Positions 25,270 through 38,503 of a stretch of DNA of 64,000 nt are shown in pieces (the stretch's first letter is position 1; every line of letters begins with the position of its first letter). The position numbers were made by a program, and so were the translations under genes. Origin of the DNA: Curvularia clavata. Lineage: Eukaryota. The notes beneath the pieces were generated by a model. That model was not told where the DNA came from, ran no database searches, and saw nothing but the letters and a program-made list of their open reading frames with translations. The DNA is taken from the NCBI GenBank assembly GCA_023920165.1, contig CP089278.1, forward strand, positions 2,170,001 through 2,234,000. The letters are read 5' to 3'.

Positions 25270-26025
25270 CTAGCACGTCGCAAGCATACTCGACAGCGCG
25301 CTCTTCTCCGCACTCGTAACCGTCAAACCGTACACGCTCTTAACCTTGATCCACATCTTACTATACGTGCAGTAGTAGCTCGTTAGCGGGGGCTTCCAGT
25401 CCTCAGGGCCCTTGTCGCCCTTGGCCTGGTTGACGTTGTCCGTCACAGCAATCAGCTGCGGGTTGGTAAGGTCATTTGCAAAGGCCTGGCGGCGCGCAGT
25501 GGTCCAGGATGCAGCTCCGGACTGTTTTCTTTGTTAGTTTCTCTTACTTTTGAGATAGCACAGGGAGGGAATAGGTAGAGAGTGGAGGAAGATCGTACCT
25601 TCCACGCATTACTCAACGGCACCACGTGATCGATATCGACATCGCTGGCCGCCGTCCACGTCGCGCCGTCGTACGGACTAAACCATGATCCAGACGTCGC
25701 GGCGCAGGCACTGCTCGTAACGACGTTTGTGCCGTCACGCTTGAGCACCGTTTCGCGCGTGTTGCAGGCTCCGGAAATTGTGATCCAGTGGGGGAAGAGA
25801 TCACGAGAGTAGCCGTCCTGATGGTGTACATTGTCAGTATTCCTGTATGATCTAGACAGTGTCTTCACGGACCTGTGGGCCTTGAGCGGCGACGGTCAGG
25901 CCGGCCAGTTGAGAGGTGGCGTCGGCTTTGCTAGGGATGTTGGGGGGTGCGCGGGCGGAGAGAGGCGCGGGAGCAGCAGAGGTCAGGGCTGCAGAGACGG
26001 CGGCGAGGAGAATGGAGGCCTTCAT
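25270..26025 (-). CDS. Secreted HNH-type nuclease of the DUF1524-like family; introns 25818-25872 and 25522-25598
   Basis: Spliced product: signal peptide MKASILLAAVSAALTSA, then GYSRDLFPHW..CNTRETVLKRDG..C..SGSWFSPYDG..SDVDIDHVVPLSNAWKSGA..WT..RRQAFANDL..PQLIAVTDNVNQAKGDKGPEDWKPP..YCTY..W..VK...LATC*. Confidence 0.88.
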
Positions 26026-27449
26026 CTTGGTTGTTGATGGTGGGGGGAGGGGAAGGGTGGTTCAAGGTGGGGATGGGGCTTGGTACGTTAAGAGAAAGAC
26101 GAAGGAAACCGCAGTATCCAATCGAAGAATCCGTAATGAACCTGGATGTCTTGCAAAACTACGAGGTATACAGACCTTCTTGTTATATAGATATCTGTAT
26201 CTCCTTTCCCCCTAACACACTGTCCCATCCCCTCGGCGCCTTTCTCCAAGAGCAAAACTAACCACAGACCTATTCAAACCCAATGATATGCTGCACGCCC
26301 GCCTTTCCACCAGTGTATTCCAGCTAACCAAGTCCTTCTGCGGGGATACATCAGACGAACACCAGTACAGCGGCGTTCGCGATGCCTGATTTGGCAGGTC
26401 GACTCGTCTCCCAGCGGCTGAAGCATCGCTATTCATCTAACGACTCCGGACAACTAGAACAATCTGTACCTGATCGGCAGGTGTTACTTTTTGTTACGCC
26501 CAACCAGTGGCTTTGCCTTCCTATCCCGGACAGCGCCAGCTGCATAGTCAGACGGGACATGACTGGTACGAGGGTAAGATCATGGTGGTTACAAATCCGC
26601 CGGCCATGTCGCACCTGGGCCTTATCGCGACTTGTGATAGGGCCGTGGCATGGCATGTGCTAAATTGCCAGGTCTTATTGGGTGGCTCTGCTGTATGAGG
26701 TTAACTGGTCCGAGTGGAAAAAGTGCCGGCGCCTGCTGCGGCTCGGGACGATGATTCTCCTAAGGTTTATCTGCACTGCAGCGAATAGATGGTGATAGAT
26801 AGTCAACGTGAAAGATAGAAGGATTTGGCGGACAGTTGCGGAAGCGACCGATGGTATTGCTGATTGGCCATTGCCCCGCCTCGACAAGACACGTGAAGGC
26901 CAAGGGCTGGTCTTGGCTGGAAGAAGAAACAAGTTAGCCTCAACAGGTAGATGCCAAGAAGTAGATGGTCAAATGGTATGCAAATAGTGAAAAGCCATGC
27001 TTGGATATTTGATCGGTCGTGAACCTAGCGTTTCGAACGAAATGAGATTCTCTAGCACAAAACATGAGCGCTGTTGGCACACCCTGGAGGACCCGGGAAT
27101 AAGGCGTAAATTAATGTTGCGACACCGGATCTTGGTATGCCAACCCTTTAGTGCTGTATTGGACACTTTGCTGTCAGAACTGCCGTTTCGAGTATGTTCG
27201 TAGCGACGTCGGGGCCTTGGAACTTGGCTGGAGGACTTGAGTGGATATGGATAAAAGCTCAGTTAGCAGGGCGCCATGCATCCGTTACAAGCCAGCTATT
27301 GGAGCCACTCTGTCGGACAGACTCCGGCTTCTATGAATCCACTGGTACTGATGCTCCGGCTCCCTGGCAGTCATGCGTCTCAGTACTGCCTTCTTTGATG
27401 GTGGTCTGAAGCAAACAACAGTGAAAAGGACACATGCCGACTAGGGGAA

Positions 27450-29123
27450 TCATGCAGCAAAATCAAACTCCTTGAACGCCTCCTTGAACTTTTCAACATC
27501 CTGTTCTTCCTGTGGCTGCGTCTGTCCGCAATCCTTCCAGTCGACGCGTCGGTCGAGTCGCAGTAGCTTGGCAAGCACCTCCCGCCCGAACTGATTGTGA
27601 AAACGGATCTTCTCGTCAAAGCGCATCACATAACTCGTCTGTTTGTCTGGGTCATCTTTTGGATCCCATACCAAGATCCTGAAGAAGTCGCTCGTCTCCT
27701 CGACTCCGTCGCCGACGTCCTCTTTTTGGAATTTAGGCCAATGCAAATTCTCAGCTAATGCCTTGAATGCAGCCTCGACAAGTCCTTTGCTAATGAGATC
27801 GGCGCTGACCGGAAGATATTGCCAATGCGTATGAGGTAAGCTAGATTTACTGACTTCCCACGTGACAGAGCCATAGTCCGTATCTGCTACAGACTTGAGC
27901 ATGCTGTTCATCGCGCGTCGATATCGTTGCATCTCTGCATAGGTTGCATGTCGCTCCTCTTCCTCCATCGATCCTAGCGTTGGCTGATGCGTAAATGGGA
28001 TGATGAGCATGTGGCAAGGGAAGCCGAGCTTGGGGAAGGTCTGTGGGGTTGGCAAAGGGCCTTTTGCAGTCGTCAAATACGCGTTCTCACCAATCGAGGC
28101 AATCAAGTGTGTAGCAATATTCTCGTTGGCTAAGCAAAAGAAGCACTCCGACGCGGTAATGGGTCCTCGAGGCTCGCCTTTTCGCCTCTTGTTACCCCTT
28201 CGGCCTCGGTTTCCATCATCGTAGACCAAATGTTGTTCGTGATGCTCGGGCGCAGCTCGCTTCTTCTCCGCGAGCACTACAGGGCAGGCAGTCGAGCCAG
28301 CAGGCGGCGAGACAGGGTTGCTTGCCGAAGGGTCAAGGGAGAAGGCATAAATCCACTTTTGCTTGTTGGGGTTGCCAAAGGAAGCCAGACTGATGAATCG
28401 CGTTACCGGATAGAGGTTATCGGTTTCATCACTGGGAGCATGAAAAAATGGTTCGCGCTCATAGAATGTACCCCCAGATGTCGAGAAATGATATTTGGGC
28501 TTTAATATCACGTCCAAGTCGGCGATGCACTGCTGACTGGTTGGCTGTACATCGGGGTTGAACTCAACCTTTGAACGCTTCCGAATGTCTTCTGGCCACT
28601 CATTGGTGATGAGAATATCGGCTGTCGTCGCTCCTCGCAGAATCCTTGCGTCGGTTTCGCTGTAAAAGGGCGGATACTTATCCTTGGACTGGCCAGCGAC
28701 GATGTTGGGATCAAGCCGGCCGCCAAGTGCGACAATGCGAATACCTTCAGACGTCTTCATAGTCGTTCGCTTGCCCAGGAAGAAGAGATTATGACATAGC
28801 TCGTCACCTGAGGATTCCAGCTTTTGCACGACTGTTGGGGGGAGTGGGTTACTGCCAAGGGCAAAATAGGTTGGCAATGGCACATCGATTTGGCCATTTA
28901 CCAACGCCTGTACATGGCCTGCATCCTCGCTCTCATCATCAGATGAAGGAGCAAATAAGTCGCCTACAATGAGGACAAAAGCAAAGTTGTTCTTTGCGTG
29001 CAATGCACCCAGCTTCTGAAAGACAGTTTTGAATTGACCGTTGACGTCACCTACGACGACGCTGCACACGTTAGTGAACTGTGGCCTGATTACAGCAGGA
29101 TCGACTTACATCTTGGAGGCCAT
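27450..29123 (-). CDS. Cwf19-like 1 / Drn1 (metallophosphoesterase-like N-terminus plus CwfJ C-terminal domains); short first exon MASKI
   Basis: ATG at 29123 and a GTAAGT..CTAAC..CAG intron join to VVVGDVNG..VGDLF. Further motifs DILITNEWP, KPKYHFS, FYEREPF, TRFISLA, CFFCLAN..HLI.SIG..AYLTTAKGPL, HTHWQ, QFGREVLA and VDWKDC. Confidence 0.88.
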
Positions 29124-29326
29124 TGCGGGTGGTGATGGGGCCGGCGACGAACTGCAGACGCGTTGGTGGTGAGCATGGGCGATTGGCGCGTCGGCGGCGT
29201 CGGTGATGCCAGGGTCCATTTTTTTTTCTTAGCGTCCGGAAATTCTAGTGGAGCATCGAGAAGAGATAGATGCAGCAGCCACTGCAGACTTCAACACCAC
29301 ACCAACCCATATTCACACTACATACT

Positions 29327-32300
29327 ATGGCTGCCATGTCGCGGGGACTTGCTTCTCGGCCTGCGGCCAAGCCCAACTCCAAAGTATCCAAGCCTGCGCG
29401 CCCCCAGAAACGGGTCAAAGGCGGCACCGAATCCACGCGCAATCATGTCTTCAAAGGCTTCTCACAGCGCATTGCACAAATCAAGATTGAACCCGTCCGC
29501 CGCGGTCGCAGCACCATCCTCGACGATGCCGAGCTCGAGTCGACGTTTTCCTACTTCCGCGACTCCTTCCTCGAATGGAGGGAACTCAACATGTCCGAGC
29601 CCTTCACAGCCTTCGCTCGCAAGGTTGCGCCACTCTGCGACAGTCTCCCCCAGGTCCTCCACCATAGCGATCGCATATTCGAACTCCTTGTGGAACATAT
29701 CGAGAAGGGCGAGAAGTTCAGTCAAGAACCGCTGCTCAGCCTCATGGCCCACCTTGCACACGACCTCGGTGAACGATTCGAAAAACATTTTGAGAAGGCA
29801 GTCAGGACAGTGTCGCATCTGGCAGCTACACATGCTGATGTGGAGGTTATAGAATGGGCATTTGGATGCTTGGCATGGCTGTTCAAGTATCTATCGCGGC
29901 TCTTGGTGCCAAACCTGCGCCCCGTTTTTGATCTCATGTCGCCTCTGCTGGGCAAGGAGCGCCAAAAGGCATTCGTGTCTCGCTTCGCTGCTGAGTCACT
30001 CAGCTTTCTCGTCCGTAAAGCTGGAGCTGCATATCACAGAGATAAGACGCCGCTCAGGTCAATCATCAAGCACATATCCGACCTGCTCAAGGACCAGCAG
30101 GAATCTACTAAAGATTATGCTTTCCAGCAGGGCCTAATGCACCTTTTTGCCGACTCGCTCAAGGGTGTACAACGCGGCTTCCATTCAAGTGCTACTGTCA
30201 TTCTGCAAGAGCTCCTGGCAGAGACGCTCAACCCAGAACATCTTGATCTCCGGATTCCGCCTCTCGAACCCGTGCTTATCGGTCTTGTCACAGCTTCCAT
30301 CCATCATACAGATGCAGAAAACTTCAGTCCTCTGCTAGAGGTGATACTTGCAGAGTCGGCCAAAGTGTCGTCCGATGTGCGCTATGTTGGCCTCTTATCA
30401 CGCTTGCTAATGGTCGTTTGCGGAGTACGACAGGGCACCCGAGTAGAGGACTGGAAACCCGTGTTAGGTTTGATCAGTAACATGCTTGATTCTACAAAAG
30501 CCTCGACCGAACTCGATTCTGTCGATGCATGGGAGCTGTTATCTGTGATTGGCGTCGCCTTTCAGTATTGTACGCTTGACGCAGCTATACCCCATGAGAA
30601 GCTGCTGGAAGCGCTCACGCGTGGTGCTTGGGAGCCTTACTTCTTGCCATTTTGTAACCTGTTCGCCGGCCTAGGCGTAGACAGGTTTAGAAATCTGCTC
30701 CTTCCATATTTTAAGAGGTACGAGAGTATGGATTTTCCAGACTTTGCACATTTGCTGATATACGCTAGGTTTGTCTCGCAAAAAGCCCATGACCATGGCC
30801 CCCAGTTCTGTGCTATTTTGCCCCAGCTCTATCAGAGCGGTGCACTAGTGAGCACAACTTTGCAGCCTTCCGAGCGCTGGCAAGCAACTCTAGAGGAGCC
30901 ATTTGACCAGCTTGATAAGCTTACGGATGAGGAGACCGAGTCGAACCACCAGATCTTTTACTGCAATGCCTTGCTGGACGCGATAGAGGCGCTCCGCATC
31001 GCTGACGACAAGACGCGAGAAATCTTGAACGACCTTGCAAGCCTACTCAAAAATGCTATCAAAGGAGCCAGCCTCACCTCCAAGCGGACTGTTGACAAGT
31101 TCGCTACTGGGAAGGGGTTTCAATTCCTTGTCGGCAAAGACAGCGATAACGACCAAATGAAAAGCATTTGGCCTGAGTTGTGTCGAGCATCAACATCATT
31201 CGGTCAATCCGTAGCTTTCTGGCGTGCGCTGCTCGACCTCTTCAAGAAGCACAACACTGACCTGGATACTACGGGATCACATATGGAACCTCTGAAGCGA
31301 ACTATCATGCGATGCTTAGGCTCCCCTTCGCATGATCTAAGGCTTTCGGCCATTTATGTCTTGCAACTTGTCGTAGACCAAAACGACAAACTGCAGAATA
31401 TTTTGTCAACCGCCATGTTGATCGAGCAAACACCCCCAAACCTCGAGACACAAAGAGCGATTGCGATGCGTATAGGACAGATGGCCAAACTGTACCCTGC
31501 TGTTTGCTCTGATGAGTGGGTGGGAGAAGCTATCCCCGCGTATTGTCTAGGATTATTACATGTGCGCCTAGCATCAGTTTGGGATGACAGTTGCTCTGCC
31601 CTGAAAGCCATCTGCGGGACGAAAGAAGGAGAGGAATTTGTCACCCAGACTGTCTTCGAATGGCTGACCGCTGCGGATGCTGCAGATCTCGCTTCTGACG
31701 GTCCTCAGCCAACCCCATCGCGCCCGTATGCCACCGAATTCGAATGTACGAACTTGATGCAATTGCAGGAACATGTCGCAGATGTCCAAGAGAAAGCAGG
31801 TAACACCGAGGAACAGCTGGAGATGTTTTTCAATGAGGCCCATGCCGATATACCTTTCTATAACTCCTTCAGCAGGACACAGGCTCTCAAGGTGTTGAGT
31901 TCCTTGCCACATATTGCAGAAAAGCGCTCGAGACTACTTGTCCCAGTCCTTTTGAAGTGGGCTTTTGATCAGGCGCCAGAACCCGAAGACGCTGATCCCG
32001 AAGGAGATGCCACACCGACTTCACAGGGCCATTGGGCAAGGAAAGACCAGAAAGCGATGCTTTCTATCTTTGCGAAGTTCAACAACCCAAAGGTCTTATA
32101 CAGAACCGACGAAGTACGCCAAGCGCTGCTCGCCTTACTCAGCAACGGAGATGTCGAAATCCAAAAGGCTTCCCTGAAGGCGCTTCTTACCTGGAAGGAC
32201 CGTGGAATTGTCGCCTACCAAGAACAGCTCCTCAACCTCCTGGACGACGAAAGGTTCCGTGACGAGCTTCCGATATTCCTCAGCGAAGGCAAACTGCAAG

Positions 32301-35300
32301 ATTCTGACGTTGACCAAGTCCTCCCAGTTGTGCTGCGACTACTTTACGGCAAGGTCATAGCCGGGAAACGCGGGCTGGAATCGAAACGAAAGGCTGTTTT
32401 TGTTAGCTTGAAAAACAGATTCGGCGACGACGCTATTCATAAGTTTCTGCAAATCGCATTCGGACCCCTGGGCAGCATTTCCATCTTGAGCGACGGATTG
32501 ATTGACGAGACCATACTCCAGAAAACTCTAGTAGATGCACGGAAGCAGGTCGGAATGCTAAACCTGCTAGACGATTTACTAAGCACCTTTGCGAAGACCT
32601 TTGCCCCCTTTACGGCAACAGTCGTGGATCCTGTCTTGTATGCTGCTATCAAGGCGTCGCGGGAGCTCTCGACTTCGGCCGACCGTGAAGGTGACGAAGG
32701 CCGGTCAACACAGACATCCCTGCTCAAGACTGTACGACAGCGCGCACTCCATATTCTGGGCAAGCTGGTCGAGAACAGCCCAGAGTTTGACTGGCATCCT
32801 TACACCAAAGCTCTCGTTAAGGAGATGGTCGAACCCAGGCTTGACCAATTCCCCATCGAGACGGCGCAGTCTGTCTCAGGCATTCTTCGTCTATTCGCAG
32901 CATGGTCAAAGTCGGCTCGCACGGCTCCTTTCTTGGTGGAATTTAACCCAGCCATCTTATCCAAGGTCATTGACTGCCTCGAGGTGCCTTCAGCTAAGGA
33001 TGAGGTGAAGTGCTTCGTTTTGGATAACGTTATTCGAAGCATTGTAGCTCTTGTAACAACGGAAGGGGATGCCTTGACGACCGAATCGAAAATCCTCAAG
33101 AGTCGCATACATACCGACATCATCCAACCATATTCTACTTCAATTCTTAGCCGAGTTGGCCATCTACTCCGACAGAACCCCAGCAAAGAAGTACTCGAAT
33201 CCGGGGTTAACACGGTTGCGGAGTTGGCCCCTCATGTGGTTGGTGCCTCTGAATCCCGCAGTATGATCGAAATTGCCACATTCCTACTTCGCCAGCCTTC
33301 GAAGCGTGTGAACCCTCGTACCAAATTGGGCTTGCTCAGGATCCTTCACGAGTTCATCCAACGCTGTGATGATCAGAGCTTGAACGAGCTGCTCGATACT
33401 GTGTACGATGCCGTTTGCCCCATGTTCGCTTTCGTTCAAGATCGCACGGCAAGAGAGCTATTATGTGACGTTGTTCAAGACCTCTCAGATACCAACAACG
33501 ATCTCCAGGTAGTGGCAAAGATATGTCATGATCTCAATTCTTTCGCAAAGGGACGCCTGGATGAGCCAGACTTCGAACGACGTTCACAAGCATTCAGCTC
33601 CATCAACGAAGAGGCCTATCGAAGCTTTTCCCTGCTCCAATGGAAGCCATTGGTTTACAACATGCTCTACTTTATCAAGGACAACGAGGAGCTGAGTATT
33701 AGGGTCAACGCGTCTTTGTCTTTGCGACGCTTCAGTGAAGTCTCAAGTAGCGAGGAGTTCAAGGCGTTCGCGTCGTCAGCGATCCTGCCTGGAATCCAGA
33801 ATGGTATGCGAGAGACGTCTGAGTTGGTTCGGATCGAATATCTTGCTGTGCTCGAGCATCTAGTTAAGACTCATTCGGACTGGGCTCCTGTAGCAGATCT
33901 TCACGTCCTTCTCTCAGACGATGACGAAGCGTCATTCTTCAGCAACATTTTGCACATTCAAGGACATCGCCGACTAAGGGCATTGCGCCGATTGGCTGCT
34001 CATGCCTCACATCTGCGTGGTACAAATGTGTATCAGATTCTCATCCCGCTCTTGGAGCATTTTGTTTTCAACAAGGGCGAAGACGAGGGTGCAGACAGCC
34101 TTCTGGGAGAGACTATTAAAACACTCACAGCTTTGACAGAGTGTCTTGAATGGCCGCAGTTCCGTTCCCTTCTGAAGCGCTACATTAGCTACTTGGCCAC
34201 AAAGGAAGACCTCCAGAAGCCTGTCATTAGGTTGATTGCAGGCTTGATGGATGGCTTGAACCAAGCCGGTCGCGCCAAAGGATATATTGCTACGTCCAAG
34301 CCTGAGTCAGATGATCCTGCTACTTCCGAAGCCGACGAAGGCGGCGAAGCTATGGATGTTGATAAGCCTCAGTCAATACTCACGAAAACCCTTCCCCAGC
34401 AAGACAAACTGAGTAGCGACATGATCAACAACTTCCTTCCTGATCTGACTAACTTCCTACACAAGAAGGATGAAGCGACAGTCAGTTTGCGAGTGCCTAT
34501 CGCTGTCGCGATCGCCAAGGTTCTCCTCGTTCTTCCACCGCTAGAAATTGAGACACGATTACCTGGAGTTCTTCTAGACATATGCTACATCTTGAAGAGC
34601 CGCGCCCAGGAAGCCCGCGACATGTCAAGAAATACCCTTAGCGACATTGCTACGCTCATGGGACCAGGTTATCTGGGTTTCATTCTCAAGGCTTTGCGGA
34701 CCGCCCTCCAACGTGGCTACCAACTCCACGTTCTTTCCTATACTTTGCACACTATCCTGGTGAAACTCGCAGACCAAACAAACCCAGGGGATCTCGACTA
34801 CTGCCTCGCAGACCTTGTGGATGTCGTAAGTTCCATAATTTGAGACGTTTTTAACCAGATACTAATACGTCTAGATTATGGATGATACTTTTGGCGCCGC
34901 TGGCCAAGAGAAAGACGCCGAAGAGTACATTTCCAAGATGAAGGAAGTAAAGAGCAGCAAAAGTTTCGACTCCATGGACATTATCGCACGTTCGGCTACT
35001 CCTTCTCATCTGATCAAGCTCGTGCTACCCATCAGGTCTCTCTTGATCGAGAAACTCAATGCCAAGATGGTCCAGAAGATTGACGAGCTACTTCGACGTA
35101 TTGGACTCGGCGTCCTTCAGAACCCCACCGTGAACAACAGGGATATTTTGGTGTTCTGCTACGAGCTCATCCAAGAAGTCTATGCAGCAAACGCGTCGAC
35201 TGACAAGAAGGCTAAGATTGACCCTAGAAGTAAGCGGTATCTTGTCAACAACAAGGGAGCAGCCAAGTCTGGAACGAGACTTAGCACTTCCTCGTATTTG

Positions 35301-37367
35301 TACAAGATGATTCGCTTCGGCATGGACATCCTTCGTACCGTGCTGCGCAAGCATGAAGATCTCCAAACCCCACAAAACTTGGCTGGCTTCCTACCGATTA
35401 TTGGCGATGCCATGGTCCAGGGCCAGGAAGAAGTACAAGTGTCCGCTGTCCGTCTTCTCACAACCATCATCAAGGTGCCTATGCCTGAACTGGATACCAA
35501 TTGCCCCGTATACATTGATGAAGCCATGCGTGCCATCAAGGGTGCGCTATCGAACAACACTGAGCTTGCTCAAGCCTCTCTAAAGCTGGTCTCTGCTGTC
35601 TTGCGCGAGCGGCCTAACGTCCAGGTTAGGGAACGAGACGTCGGCCATCTTCTCAAGCGTATGATGCCAGATCTAGATGAACCAGATCGCTCAGGTGTCA
35701 TCTTTGGTTTCCTCAAAGCCGTTATGAACCGACATTTCGAGGTCCCTGAGATTTACGAAGTCATGGACAAGGTTGCCGAGATGATGATTACCAACCAGAC
35801 CAAGTCTGCCCGCGATATTGCTCGCAGTCACTTCTTCCAATTCCTAACCTCGTACACCCAGAGTGAGAAGCGATTCAAGAAGCAGATCGAGTTCCTTCTC
35901 AAGAACCTACGGTACGAGCATATGGAAGGCAGACAATCAGTCATGGAAGCTCTCGATCTCATCATTGGCAAAGCACTGCCTCGATTCCCTGAGAAGGCGC
36001 AATATGAGTACCATGGTATCATGTTCTTGCCGCTGATCAACGCAGTAGCAAACGATGACTCGAGCAAATGCCGGGAAATGGCCAGTCTGTTGATCAAGAG
36101 GCTGTTCCAACATGCCAGCGAAAAGCGGCTCCAAAGCTTCGCTACGGATCTCAAGAGTTGGCTGGAGCAAGAGGACAACGTTGGTTTGAAGCGCCTTGGC
36201 ATCCAAGTTTGGGGCTTCTACTTCGAAGCCATGGACGACGACGACGAGCAGCCCAAAGACCTAGCATATGTCCTTGATCAGCTTGACGCAATAATCGACG
36301 AATGTCTAAGTCGACGCGACGAGGATGACTGGGAACTCTTATACTACTCTCTCACTCTGCTCTCAAAAGTCTGCAAGAAATACACGGATACAATGTTCTC
36401 GTCAAGCAAAGACGGTCTGTGGACTGCAGTCCAAGCCAGCGCAACCTACCCGCACATGTGGGTTAAACTCAAGGCCGCAGAGCTGTTGGGTACGTACTTT
36501 GCCCATCTCGGAGTTTCAAACAAGGATTCAGGCCTTGAAGCACTCCCTCTAAAGGGATCTGGCGGATTGCAATTGGCGGAACAGAACATGACACAGTTAT
36601 GCAATGCGTTCTTGCGAAACTTGCTGAATCCCGAGGCTTCGGAGCAGCTTTGCTTGCAGAGCGTCAAAAACATTGCTTTCCTTGCACGATGCCTCTCTGT
36701 CAATGGAGCGAAGTGGCATTGGCAGAAGACTGATGATGATGAGGAAATGGAAGAGAACATCGTGGCCAACGACGATGCAACTGGTACAGAAGACGAGGAA
36801 GACTTTGGTGGTTTCTCGCCTCGACCAGAAAGCAAAAAATCCAATAAAGTGGAAGACACCCCACCAGCTGCGATCCACCGCCTCATGATTCGCCTTTCTA
36901 GCATCGTTCGAAAGGACAAGATCACCATGAACGCCAAGACCGCGACCATGAACTTATTCGACACCATCGCGGCCAAATTCCCCCTCGAGCCTCTTTCGAC
37001 TTCTCTCCCACACCTCTTGACTACTCTGGCCACCCTGACCGACGCCACTGCAACCTTTCCTCGATCCTCTGCGCAATCCGGCCCTAACAGCACAGTCACT
37101 GATACATACAAGGCTCTCACTGACAAAGCACGTGAAGTCATGAACACACTGCAGAAGCGCCTGGGAACACAAGAGTACTTGAAGGTTATGGGAGAAGTGC
37201 AGAAGGGTGTCAGAGAAAGGAGAGAAGAAAGGCGTAGGAAGAGGAAGGTGGAGGCGATTGTGGATCCAGAGAAGTTCGGCAAGGATAAACGCAGAAGACA
37301 TGAAGTCAAGAGGATCAAGCGAAAGGAAAGGAGCGCTGAAGAAAGGGGCAAGAGAAGGGGCTGGTAG
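29327..37367 (+). CDS. UTP20: U3 snoRNP/SSU processome component Utp20 (HEAT repeats, DRIM domain); introns 30718-30768 and 34826-34874
   Basis: About 2600 aa. N-terminal FKGFSQRIAQIKIEP..SYFRDSFLEWRELNMSEPF..CDSLPQVLHH, then LLNLLDDERFRDEL, LDEPDFERR, RGYQLHVLSYTLH, KMKEVKSSKSFD, LRYEHMEGRQSVME and a basic tail ...RGKRRGW*. Confidence 0.95.
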
Positions 37368-37774
37368 ATTCCGCGTCAGTACTGCAGATGGAATATTTGT
37401 TTGCATTCAGGGCGACTACGATGATTCTTGCATTGAAGGGCGTTTGGGAGATGGCAAAAAGTATAGCATTTGTTTTTCAATATGGATGTTGTTAATGGCC
37501 GAGCATCAACGTATCTCGAATATATCATGATACCCTCTAAGACCAATTCCTTTGCAATTCCTCAAAATCAGGCCACCAGATAGTCTTGCAGCCCAGGACG
37601 CCGCGTGAAGCTTCCAAACAACCCGAGTAAAATGTATCAGACTACAAGACGCAAGTTATATTTATACGACCTGCTTGATGCTGTCTCTCCACAGCTCAGA
37701 AAAAGACTAGCGCTACAAGCCTCATCATAAGCTATTAAGACCACACTTGGAACGTAATATCAAGGAACACAAAT

Positions 37775-38329
37775 ATGTCCCTATTCAGCCCCCTCGGTAT
37801 TACATCATCCTTAACAACACCGCTCATAGTCGCCCTACATCTTGCGCCCCTCGTTGACGTCACTGCATCTCTCAAGCATGCCTACGTGAAATACGTGGCC
37901 ACACACGCCTTTCTCGACAAACCACTTATCACATCACGCATCAGCAGGAGTTTGTTATGTAGTGTCACTTCACCTCCAGCGACAACCCATGGTTCATCTT
38001 CGAATCAAGACATGGGAACCGAAAGGCTCGACGATGTAAAAGAACTCATCATCCCAGCGTGATTCACTGCGTTCTTAAATGGAAGCGTATATTCCGTCAT
38101 AGAGCTCAATTCTATCACTCTAACTGAGGCGCTGGCGAGTGTCTGTACGCTTCTTTCTTAAGAGGCAGAGGCAGCAAGTATGTGGTGTGTAACTGGTTCG
38201 GCGGCGGGTCTGGCGCATTATGCATTTGTGCCGTTGGTGTTGTTGTTTGCGAAGGACATAAAGGGGGAACATGAAGAGGTGGAAGAGTGTTTGCGGGAGT
38301 GGGTTGGGTGGCATGTTGTTAGGATGTAG
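37775..38329 (+). pseudogene. Probable pseudogene of a small fungal integral membrane protein, with in-frame stops
   Basis: One frame continues through TGA 38060, TAA 38159 and TAG 38327: LHLAPLV..TASL.HAYV...IIPA*FTAFLNGSVYSVIELNSITL...LLS*...GLAHYAFVPLV...CLREWVGWHVVRM*. Hydrophobic, protein-like sequence persists across the stops. Confidence 0.6.
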
Positions 38330-38503
38330 CAGCGTGGGTGTGATTGCTTGTTGGCGCCGTGGGAATGTTGAGTGACAGATTTAAGGTGTTATAATTCTTA
38401 TTGCCTGTGTGATTTTTCATGTAGACAAGGGAGTGTAAGGGGGGCTTCTTTGTGCTTGTTCTAAATATTGTGTCTAAGTCTATAAAGTCCAATCCATCAT
38501 ATC

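Noticed and set aside
36446..37351. 301-aa ORF on the minus strand
   Set aside because: Lies entirely antisense to the UTP20 CDS; a shadow ORF with no recognisable motif.
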